A stretch of 64,000 nt of DNA, from NCBI GenBank assembly GCA_030704615.1, contig CM060733.1, positions 34,596,001 through 34,660,000 of the forward strand, read 5' to 3'. A program made the position numbers and the translations under genes. A model generated the notes under the pieces. The model worked only from the letters and a program-made list of their open reading frames with translations. It ran no database searches and had not been told where the DNA came from. Origin of the DNA: Takakia lepidozioides (Eukaryota; Plantae; Bryophyta). This document shows positions 37,576-48,685 of this stretch, one piece after another (positions within the stretch are counted from its first letter, which is position 1; every line of letters starts with the position of its first letter).

Positions 37576-39221
37576 GTCGCAATCCATGCATGAGCCAGCA
37601 GGATGACACTGGAGCTCGGTGGCATGGTGAGACGGACGAGGAGATGGTGCCGGGATGGCACGCATCTGCATTTTTGTGTATCTTGGCATCGGGAGGTCAG
37701 ATTGGACCTACAACAGGGATGACTGTAGACGGAGTGTCTGAGGACCCTGAGGCTAGTGATGAGCTAGGTGGTGCCAGAGATATACATGAGGATTCGGCTG
37801 TGTTGGACTACCTCCGCACGGGAGACACGGCAGCCATTGTGACTGCCAGGGAGAGGGATCGGATCCTGCAACGAGCCAAGAGGTTCAAGTGGGAGGGGAT
37901 ACACCTACTTCGAGTGTGGGAGGATGGTCGGGTGAGGATTGTGCCTCACCCCACACAGCGTGCACGGTTAGTGCGGCATGCCCATGAGGAGTTGGGGCAT
38001 TTTGGAGTGCGACGCACTCACAGTTTACTGCAGGGGCAGTATTGGTGGCGTGGTATGCATACAGAGGTGCAACAGTTTGTGGCTAGGTGCATGGTGTGTG
38101 ACAGGGTGCGTGCTTCATTCAACGCCCCTACACCACAGTTGCATCCTTTACCTATCATGGGATTGGGCTACAGGTGGAGTCTTGACTTCGCAGGACCGTT
38201 GCCACTGACTATGCGCCACCACAGATATGTGTTGGTGATGGTGGAGCACTTCTCCAAGTGGATTGAGTTGGTTCCATTGCCTGACAAGGCTAGTGAGGGG
38301 GCTGCGTATGCATTCTTGGATCGTGTGCTTAGCCGATTTGGTGCTCCAGCTGAGGTACTCACGGACCAAGGGAGAGAGTTCTTGGGGGAGTTTCAGGCTT
38401 TGTGTGATAAAGCCTTGATAGACCACCGCACCACTTCTCGGGATCATCCTGAGGCCGATGGCTTAGCAGAGAGAGTTGTTCAGACGGTGAAGAGGGGTTT
38501 GCGCAAGTATGGCTTGCAGAAGGGACACCTAGGAGATTGGGATCTTCAGGTTCCTTGGTTAGCCATGGGCTACAGGTTCAGCAAACAAGCATCACTTGCC
38601 TCCTTCTCACCATTTCCTTCTCTTTGGCCGAGAGCCGGATTTGCCTGCAGCCATTCGTAAGGACACTGCTCAAGTCCTTAACCTTGACGATCCGGACGTG
38701 TGGGTACGTGCATGTGATCAGCGTGCAGAGTTGTTCAAGAAAGTCATGCCCATGGCTTTTGAGAACCTTGCCATTGCACAGCACCGTGATACGTTGAGGT
38801 ATGCCACTATACGTGGTGGAGGATATCGTCCTGGGGTTCGGAGGTTTAGCCCTGGTGACTATGTTTATTTGCAGCAGACTGCTCCTACGACTCTGGATGT
38901 TACTGCAGGGCGTGTTATTCTGAGGGTTCGAGAGGTGTTGCCCTCAGGGGTCCTGATCTTAGAGGGTCGGGATGGCATGACTTGGAAAGACCATGTGCGT
39001 AATTGTGCGCCATGTCACCTTCCCAATGTCGATGGCAGAGTTGACCCAAACTTGGCAGTGGTACCTGCAGGTTTGAGGTGCATGCTCTGTGGGTCTGCCA
39101 AAGGGGCAGCCACCATGCTGGTGTTGATCGGTGCTCAAGGGGTTGGCATATGGGATGCTTGACACCACCTCTTGAGAAGGTGCCTGACGGAGATTGGTTG
39201 TGTCCACACTGCTTGGGATAG
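37480..39221 (+). CDS. Integrase (HHCC, DDE core, C-terminal domain) ending in a PHD finger; 1-nt frameshifts near 37480, 38610 and 39125
   Basis: HEELGHFG...CMVC, WSLDFAGP, LTDQGREF, GLAERVVQT. The C-terminus is CMLC...[C]DRCSRGWHMGCLTPPLEKVPDGDWLCPHC (C4HC3) at 39079-39212, stop at 39219. Confidence 0.92.
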
Positions 39222-39480
39222 TGGCAGTGGACATGACTGGAGGCAGCTAACAAGCCATGGGAGGCCAAGCTCATAGGAGTCAATACATAAGATCCAAGCT
39301 CAAGTTCACAGGTTGCAAGACGGCGACTAACGATGGGGCAACTCTTGCACCCGGCCTCTTGATCTATCGAGTTTGAGTGTAGTAGGGATAGTGGTGGAGG
39401 ACTTAGTGAGGCTATGGTCACTATCACATCTTGTGGCTACCTGGACTTAGAGGGACCTAAGCACCAGCTAGGGGGGCGAT

Positions 39481-40183
39481 TGTGTGGACTAGTGACTGCC
39501 ATAGTGGGCAGCGTAGTGGCAGCTAGTGACTGACTAGTGTAGCCTAGTGGTTGACTAGTGGCTGGACTAGTGGTAGACTAGTGGTATACTAGTGTGTGGT
39601 GTGCACATGTGTTGTGTGGTTTTGGACAGCGATGTAGTTGTGTAGCGATATGTATGCGCACGACAGCTGTCAAGTTATTTTACCACTAGTGTGAAACTAG
39701 CTAGGAAATAGCTAGCTTTTACATATTGACATTTGGGATTGGCCCAAGTGTCAATCCAGGGGTCAAGGCAGATTTAGGCCCTGGAGTGGTTATCTTCACG
39801 GCAAGCGCGGGAGGCTCATCTTTCTCGAGTTGAGCCTCACCGCGCCTAGCTATGGCGCCGTAGTGTGGATTCCCCATGGCGTGGGGTGCACTTGGCTTGA
39901 CTTGTATTTGAGTGATGAGGTTATATATGCATGAGTTTATGCTTCAGCTTTGTGAGCTCGCATGAGCTTGTGCTTGTATTCTTCTTCTTTATCATTGTGT
40001 GGACTAGTGACTGCCATAGTGGGCAGCGTAGTGGCAGCCTAGTGACTGACTAGTTGTAGCCTAGTGGTTGGACTAGTGGCTGGACTAGTGGTAGACTAGT
40101 GGTATACTAGTGTGTGGTGTGCACATGTGTTGTGTGGTTTTGGACAGCGATGTAGTTGTGTAGCGATATGTATGCGCACGACA
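39481..40183 (+). repeat. 3' repeat block: B1 (39481-39665), GC, A2 (39668-39994), T, B2 (39996-40183), preceded by a short PPT
   Basis: PPT-like AGGGGGGCGA at 39470-79. B1 and B2 differ only by three 1-nt indels. B is TG...CA and rich in ACTAGT motifs. Confidence 0.95.
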
Positions 40184-41449
40184 ACCCAACTCAACTTATC
40201 ACGATGGTCAATTGCATCTGCTACTCTCTGTAATCCAACAGACAGTCACCTTTTTGCCTCGATTGTCCCACCATTGACTAGGGTCAGAAAAATATTCATT
40301 CCACAGCTTCTCCTCGTCTCAACTGTTACCTGTTTCTGGATACTTCCCTGTTGTCACATTGGGCAGTACCATGTCAAAGTCACTCCAAACTATCAAAGTT
40401 TCACTCAACCAGCTAACTTGCAGAATTCAACATGAAAATTTAGGGCCAATTCTGATAAGAGGAAAAACAGGGTGAAAATGTGTTGAAGAAGGTGCCTTCA
40501 TGAGCAGTGCCTAATTTTATCAATTGTGCCGCTGCTGCTGCGGCTTCCAGTTGACCATCTACCCATGCAAGTTTCTTGCAGCTATCGATCCACAGGGAAT
40601 TATAGGTAATCGTGAGCTTGAAGTCCCGCCCTCTTGGATGAATCTGGACCGGCTAGACTCTACCCTTGCTCCCTCAGCTATCCAAGCTCTGCACAAATCA
40701 TGCATACATCTTTCCCTTGCTACTAGCGGCTGACAATGACAGCCTACAATTGTTCCAGCAAACACCCAACCCTACTTATCACCCATGCAGAATTCAACAT
40801 GCATCTCAGGGCCAAGTCTGATCATGAGAGGGCAAAACAGGCTAAAACGTGCCCTCACCACATTGTCCTTCACCCATGGAGAATTTGACCGACCATCAAC
40901 CCAAAATGACCTCTTGTGTGTGCTGTTTGTCTGTAGTCAGATAATGTCGGATTGGTCTGAGAACCACCACGGTGCAGTTGAGTAGGCAGAGATTGAAACA
41001 CGGCCTGCTAAGACCTGCAAGCTGACTCTCCCAAGAACCTTGTAAACATTAGGAAGAATACCAAATCATGGTACTCACAGGAGTCAAGAGCCCACCTTTG
41101 CAGGATGGACGAACTTCTTAACATCGTACATTAAGAAAAGCCACACCTGGTGATTGCGGTTGTCCCACCATCATGAAGGATCGGTATAAAACTCATGCAA
41201 CCTCACATGACGAACGAGCTAACTTCTACATGAAAATTTAGGGACTACTCTGGTAACAGGGAAAAACAGGGTGAAATGTATTGAAGAAGGTACCTTCATG
41301 CCGCACGCTCAGCCATCTTCACATTGCCATGGATTCTGCAGGCACCAAGCAAGGCCTTCATTTTGCAAACATGTCGACCTCTTTCCCCTTTTCCAGAGCT
41401 GGCAGGCAGTGTTCAGAATGACATTATGTACAATTCCAGCTTTGAACAA

Positions 41450-41975
41450 GGCACGGCCTGCTAAGACCAAGCTGACTCTCTCTTGCACCAACGAGCTATC
41501 TTACAGATTTCAATATCATATCAGGCCCGAGTCTGATAAGAGGGCAAAACAAGCTGAAATAGATTGAAGAAGAAGGTGCCCTCACGGCCTGCTAAGACCA
41601 AGTTGACTCTCTCTCTAGCACCAACGAGCTAACTTACAGAATTCAATATGCATATCAGGCTCGAGTTTGATAAGAGGGCAAAACAGGCTTAAATAGGTTG
41701 AAGAAGAAGGTGCCCTCACGGCCTGCTAAGACCAACCTGACTCTCTCTCTTGCACTGATGAGCTAAACTTAACATAATTCAATATGCATATCAGGCCTGA
41801 GTCTGATAAGAGGGCAAAACAGGCTTAAATAGGTTGAAAAGAAGGTGCCCTCACGGCCTGCTAAGACCAAGCTAACTCTCTCTCTCTTGCACCAACGAGC
41901 TAACTTACAGAATTCAATATGCATATCAGGCCCGAGTCTGATAAGAGGGCAAAACAGGCTGAAATAGGTTGAATC
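41450..41975. repeat. Four tandem ~133-bp repeats inside CACTA
   Basis: CACGGCCTGCTAAGACCAA recurs at ~41452, 41582, 41717 and 41852. Confidence 0.85.
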
Positions 41976-43789
41976 AGGAAATGAATCAGCGGGCTGCTAA
42001 GACCAAGCTGATTCTCCCAAGAACCTTGTAAACATCAGGAAGAAGACCGTACTAACAGAAGCCAAAAGCCCACATTTGCAGGATGGACAAACTTCTTCAC
42101 ATCCTACATTAAGGAAAAGCCACACCTTATTGCGATTGTCCCACCATCGGCAAGGATCGGTAAAAAACTCATGCAAGCTCTGAAATAGGTCGAAGAAGAA
42201 GGTGCCCTCACCACATTGTCCTCGACCTTGTGTCATGACCCATGGAGGATTTGACTCCCCATGAACCCAAACGGACCTCTTGTGTGTTGCTTGTGTCTGT
42301 AGTCTGGTAATGGCGGATTGGTCCATGAGAACCACCACGGTGCAGCTGAGCGAGCAGAGATTGAAACACGACCTTGAAACACAACCTGCTAAGACCAGCC
42401 TGACTTTCCCAAAAACCTTGTAAACATCAGGAAGAATATGAAATCATGGTACGTCTAATAGGAGCCAAGAACCCGCATTTGCAGGATGGACAGACTTCTT
42501 CACATCGTACATTGAGAAAAAGCCACACCTTGTGATCGCGATTGTCCCACCATCGTGCACGCCTTCATGCCCCGATTATAGGGCTTGAGTCCCTGTCTGC
42601 CCCCTATCCACCAGCTCTACTCGTCATCGTACATTGAGAAAAGCCACACCTTGCGATCGCGGTTGTCCCACCATCGTGCACACCTTCATGCCCCGATTCT
42701 AGGTCTTGAGTCCTTGTCTGCCCCTATCCCACCAGCTCCGCTCGTCGTCTCTCATGATCAGACTTGACATTATAAGAAAACAAATCGATACAAAGAAAAC
42801 AAACAAATGCCACAGTGGCAGGGAAAACAAAAAAAACGCTAAGTCCCCTCTAGTCATGACTGGATGGATGAATGTAGCGATACATGGATGGATTTTGGGT
42901 TTTCCATCAACACACAAACCACTAAGTTTTTCAAGTATCACCACAGAAGTAATACCAATCACTGGTGTGTATGTAATCACTCATGCGTAACCACTGACCG
43001 AGTGTTCCAGTTACTAAATGGTCTATAACCACTCACTCTACACCACTCTCAAAGTGGTACCAATCAATGGGGGTCTTTAACCACTCCAGATCTACGTATA
43101 TTGTCCCCATCCACGTGGAATAATATATTTTGAAATGATAAAAATCTAAAAAAAAAAGAATTATTACACGTGGAGTAGAAAGTGGTTTCAACCACTTCCC
43201 ATCACTGAGGTGTCTTTAACCACTCATAATTTATCACTGTACCCGTCCATGTCGGATATTATCATTATTAATATAAATATTTGACCAAATGTTGAATAAT
43301 AAATATAAAATTAAATATTACACATGGATTACTTAGTGGTTGAAACCACTTCCAACCACTCCATATGATGCCACCGTGGCATTTCATCGGAATTAACCAC
43401 TGGCCAGTGGTTACCATTACTTGGAGTGATTTATAGAGTGGTAAGGGGGCCAGTGGTTATTCCGCGTTTTTCTTCTAGTTTTGCCTCACAGGGGATTGAG
43501 TGGTAGCACCCCAAAAAAAATTCCGAATGAGAGCTATGATCTCATTCACCATCGTGGTACTTGGATCCCAGACCGCTACAGAAAACCAACAAGAGGCTAG
43601 AAGCACTTGGTTTGCCACCAGTGCTCCACCAACGATTGATAGCATAGATGAGCTCTAGTGGGCGAGAGATCTTTTCAACCTAAAGACTACACTCTTCATT
43701 CTGCTCCCCTGGGACAGATTTATGCCAATCTTGTGACCTAGCAGCGTATGAGATTCTCCCTCACGAAGCCATTGAAGACCAATGTCTTG

Positions 43790-46700
43790 TGTCGAACGGC
43801 TTTTACTCATCCATCCCTTCGCTATCCGAGGTGGAAACTCCAAGATAGAAGAGTTGGATATCTCTAAGCACTCAGCCCGCTCAGTACTATCAGTCATGAC
43901 CTGCAGCTAGTGAATCATGGTTGTGTTTCCCATTTGTATTCCTTCTTGCCTTCATGTTATCAATTTACCTTATCTGATACTGAAGCATTAGATTGCTTCA
44001 GTATCTACTTAGTTCCAGTTAATCATACATTCAAGTCACATCTTCACTCATGTCTCTCTACACAGTGTGATGGTATCGAATAAGTATCAGATTATGATTT
44101 ATCAGGTATCAGGCCAATGCCATGGTGACTCTAATCCGCCCTACAGTATCACTACAGCTCTGCATGTAATAAGCATCTACTGTTCATCTTTCCTCCTTCT
44201 CTGTGCTCTCGTTCTTGCTCTCCGCCTGATCTCCTCTTCCCATGATCCAGAAGCGCTCCCCGTGAAGTGATCCTCTTTCCGTTGCCGCTCTCCTTATCTG
44301 CCCGCAAGCTGTTCTAACCACCTAACTAACTAACTGTCATCCTGAAGTAACACGTTTCCCTCTGCAGATGTCGTTCCCTCACAGTCGTTCCCTGTCAATG
44401 ATAACTGTTCCCCATGTACTGTGACAGGCTGTGTCAAGCTGTGCCGAACTGTGACTGGCTGTGTAAGGCTGTGTCGGGCTGTGTCGGGTTGTGACTGGCT
44501 GTGTAAGGGTATCGGGCTGTGACTGGCTGTGCGAAGCTGTGTCGGGCTGTGTCGGGCTGTATACCCCCCTTAAAGCCTACTGTTGCCACCCCTAAGGCTC
44601 CTGTTGGTCTCAGTCTGCGCAAAAATTAAGGGTACCCCACAGAACCCGTAAAAGCGTCTAAGTCCCAAGTAGCCCTCTAACATTTATCCCTCCCTCTTTC
44701 AAAAAACCGTGTCCTCACAGTTTACTGTTTGGGATTAGCAAACCTTTGTGAGCGAGCACCCTTCTGACGGTGAGAGTCTCATAAAGGACTCCGTGTGCGA
44801 GCTCAAGTCCTGTCACTGGTTGACAGAGATGATTGAGCACTACCTGGAAATGTCTGACCCTCCTTTGGCTGATAACGAGGTAACCTCTCAGGCATAGGAG
44901 ATCCCCGTCGTTTCTTCTCTGCCATCTGAAGTGCATAGTCCCTCTGCCATGTCAAAAGAGTCCGCTGAAGAAAGAGTTGTATCAGAATCCTCGTCTCCCC
45001 TTAGGTGTTTTAATGGCCGAACTTTAAGTGGAATCCTGTGTGGCATACAATGTGGTCCGACCATATCTGGAAGTTTAAATTGTACAACTTGTTGTAAGCG
45101 CTGGCAAGCAAAATTAGTGAACGTCCTCAACCTTATCTGTATAGGTAAGAGGTGTGCCAATGACTTTGAACAGTGTAAGTATTTCCATGCCTCATGTCCC
45201 TTAAAGAAAATATCCTCAGGGCCGAATTTCTGTGTTGTTAAATTGTTCCAAGCCGAATGAAACCATGAACGAAGTTGGGAATCCTTCTGCATCATAACTT
45301 TTGCATCATATAGGTACATATGAGGCGGCTGAAGGTAAGACCCAATGATCCCCACTGGAATAACTCAGAAATCGGGATTGCATCCTCTGCTACTCAATGT
45401 GATAACGTGCCAGAAAACAAGCAGCATAGTATAATCCACAGCCCATGACAATACTTGATACCTCATTGGTCTTGGTATAAATGTACCCATGTACAATTTG
45501 GAAGGCAATTAATTCCTTCAACATGGACCTGCTTCAGACCAGTACCTCGCAAAGTGATGATCCTCAATGGGTCGATTGTTCGGAAGAACCTTAGTCCTAG
45601 TTGCCACTGGCAGCCAAATGCGCATGATCTGATCACGAAGTATGGTTTCGAAAATGCAATGGCAGTGACGACTCCTGCTGACCCTAATACTCAAATGAGT
45701 TTCTACTCTCTTTCGGGTGACTCAAAGAAAGAAGAAAAGGAAAACATCATGGATTACCAATTTCCATATCAGAAATGGTTGGGAGCTTGATGTTTGCAAG
45801 CATCGGGAGTCGTCCTGACATCTCATATGCAGTAAGTACAGTGGCAAAATACGCATCAAGACACATACCTGTGCACTGCAACGCTGTGAAACGGATCATG
45901 AAATACTTGAAGGGAACATCTCATTTTGTTCTGACCTACAATGGGAAGCAAGACACAAATCTGCTCATAGGATTTTGCGACACAGATTATGCTGGTGACA
46001 TAGATGAAAATCCAGATCGGATGTGTCATTATGTTGAACCAAGGAGCAATTGTTTGGAGCAGTCGGAAACAAGCGTGTACTGCTGGATCGACAACTGAAT
46101 CGGAGTACGTTGCGGCTCACATGGCTACGAGGGAGATTATTTGGTTACGGAGACTCATGGACTCCATTAGACATTCACAGAAGACACCCACCCCACTTCA
46201 CAGCGATAACCAGAGTTGCATCAGACTGGTTCACAATCCAGAGTACCATCGTCGAACAAAGCACATAGACGTTTAGTACCATGTCATTTGCGAGAACCAG
46301 ACGAAGGGAGAAATTGATATTCAGTATGTTCACACGAACGATCAGATTGCCGATATTTTCACGAAGGCTCTTGGTCAAACAAGTTCTTTCGTTTTCGCTC
46401 CATGCTTGGGTTGCATTCCCCAGCAAGTAATCTCTGTGCAAACGATCTTTGAAGCATGCATACAATGTCGGACTGAGTGGGAGTGTTGAAATCGAAGATC
46501 CAGTCCGTCATTGACATCTGGACCATGTTGGTCGAATAGTCATAGTCAGCAACTAGGTGGCAGTCCACCGAGCAGTCACAATCACAGATGCCAGTCAGTC
46601 ACATTTTGAATCTCTAGCCAGTTGGATCTCCCGCACTTAGTAGTACTTGTATTTTTTGGTGGCAGACGATACTTAGTTAGTTTTTATGTATGTTCTTGGG

Positions 46701-48685
46701 ATGCCCTGGTTGTAGTCTCAACCTCAGCTGTTGGGTCTACTTCTTCATACTCTTCCTCTTCCAATTTCTTCTCTTTTTCATCATCCAAGTTCTGCCCTTG
46801 GGTTTCTTCTTCACTCATGTAACTCAACTGCAATGGTGTTGGAGAGTCTGAACTCTCCGTTGGCTCTGCCACATCCTCTCCTCCTTCTTCATCTTCCGTC
46901 TCAGAAACTGGAGTTCCTGCTTTTGGTGTTCCATGCCAACTCTTATCAAAGATTTCTGTCAAATCTTTTATCCAGGGATGTACCTCAGATCTTTCACCTC
47001 GTGGTTGATCTTCTTCCAGTACCAATTCCCTTAATCTTTCTTGCAAAGAAAAAGAAGGAGTGGCATCCAACTCTAGTTCTTCCGGTATGGATGATGTACT
47101 CTCTGATCTTAATGGTGTGAGAGGTCCAGATGATTCCCCTATGTCTATTCCTCTCTCCCAAAGATATGGATAATTAGCTTTCAGATAACTTTCTCTTTTT
47201 GCTGAATATCTCTGGAGTCTAGCTTCTCTTTCATCACTCATGTCCCATGTCTTTCATTTCTTTAATGTGGCAATAACCAAAACTCTCTTCTGTAGTATCT
47301 CTCGTATATGCCTGGGTTTCTTTCAAGCTTCAATGCACCCTTGGCTATACTAGAAGTCTCCGTTACCATATAACCATATGGCAAACAAGTCTAAAAAGCT
47401 GTTCTTGGTGTGAGTTTGATCCACAGAATATCCTTTGGAATCCAATTCTTTACCAGTACAAGCTCTTCATGCATATGAGTATAAATATTCACCTTCCTTT
47501 CCTCCCAGCCTTCAAACTCTACTCGCTTAATGGATAGCAATGCTATCACATAAACCAGTGTTGGTAACCAACGTGCTCTTCCTCTACAGGCCACCTGATA
47601 AATCTTTATCACTCCTTTCTCCAAACCCCACTCAGGGTCAGCATCATGCACTCTCTTAAGAATTTTTTCTTTACAACCATCTGGCAATTCCAAGAACCTC
47701 TGAAAGAATTGTTTGGACAATCTTTCCTTCTCAGTTTCACAGGGAATTTGATTCACATCAAATTCTTTAATTCTCCAACCACCATGATCCCACCAGATGT
47801 CTGTCACATCTGGTTGTTTATGACCCAGGTCCCCAGTATGGTCGCCAAATGTCGAACGGCTTTTACTCACCCATCCCTTCGCTATCCGAGGTGGAAACTC
47901 CAAGATAGAAGAGTTGGATATCTCTAAGCACTCAGCCCGCTCAGTACTATCAGTCATGACCTGCAGCTAGTGAATCATGGTTGTGCTTCCCATTTGTATT
48001 CCTTCTTGCCTTCATGTTATCAATTTACCTTATCTGATACTGAAGCATCAGATTGCTTCAGTATCTACTTAGTTCTAGTTAATCATGCATTCATTTCACA
48101 GCTTCACTCATGTCTCTCTACACAGTGTGATTGTATCGAATAAGTATCAGATTATGATATATCAGGTATCAGGCCAATGCCATGGTGACTCTAATCCGCC
48201 CTACAATATCACTACAGCTCTGCATGTAATAAGCATCTATTGTTCATATTTCCTCCTTCTCTGTGCTCTTGTTCTTGCTCTCCGCCTGATCTCCTTTTCC
48301 CATGACCTTGAAGCGCTCCCCGTGAAGTGATCCTCTTTCCGTTATCGCTCTCCTTATCTGCCCGCAAGCTGTTCTAACCACCTAACTAACTAACTGTCAT
48401 CCCTGAAGTAACACGTTCCCTCTACAGATGTCATTCCCTCACAGTCATTCCCTGTCAATGATAACTGTTCCCCATGTACTATGACAGGCTGTGTCAAGCT
48501 GTGCCGAGCTGTGATTGGCTGTGTAAGGGCTGTGACTGGCTGTGTCGGGCTGTGTCGGGCTGTATACCCCCTCTAAAGCCTGCTGCTGCCACCCTTAAGG
48601 CTCCTGTTGGTCTCAGTCTGCGCAAAAATTAAGGGTACCCCACAGAACCCGTAAAAGCGTCCAAGTCCCAAGCAGCCCTCTAACA
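43790..48685 (-). mobile_element. Non-autonomous or internally deleted LTR retrotransposon inserted in the LINE
   Basis: LTRs 47850-48685 (5') and 43790-44682 (3'), TG...CA on minus. 5-bp TSD TCTTG. PBS TGGCGACCATACTGGGG and PPT GAAAGAGGGAGGGA. No pol of its own recognisable. Confidence 0.92.
45620..46695 (+). mobile_element. Copia RT-end/RNase H, PPT and partial 3' LTR fragment (same family as 3018-5705)
   Basis: SRPDISYAVS, GFCDTDYAGD, STTESEYVA, SDNQSCI, RTKHIDV. PPT GAGTGGGAG. 46484-46695 matches the reverse complement of 5490-5705 with about five differences. Confidence 0.92.

Larger units (their letters stand above)
27463..40183 (+). mobile_element. Ty3/Gypsy-type retrotransposon encoding a C5 DNA methyltransferase and a PHD finger, with split terminal repeats (A1...B1-A2-B2)
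   Basis: Termini TGTC...GACA, TSD ACCC at 27459-62 and 40184-87. An empty-site paralog at ~40741-40785 reads AAACACCCAACCC. Domain order gag-PR-DNMT-RT-RH-IN-PHD. Confidence 0.95.
25750..43480. mobile_element. Non-autonomous pack-type CACTA element (~5 kb without the nested Gypsy) carrying PPR and OSB/PDF-like gene fragments
   Basis: TIRs CACTAGAAGAAAAACGTGGAATAACCACT and AGTGGTTATTCCGCGTTTTTCTTCTAGTT (last base mutated). Many ACCACT/AGTGGT subterminal repeats. TSD TCG/TTG; removing the element restores the LINE reading frame. Confidence 0.88.

Noticed and set aside
27463-39994. Conventional element with A1 and A2 as the LTR pair
   Set aside because: No TSD follows A2 and no PPT precedes it. 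The PPT precedes B1 and the TSD follows B2.
27463-40183. DIRS/Ngaro tyrosine-recombinase element, suggested by the split repeats and methyltransferase
   Set aside because: It encodes an HHCC-DDE integrase and an aspartic protease, has a TSD, shows no YR domain, and its MTase is C5-type rather than the DAM-like type of DIRS.
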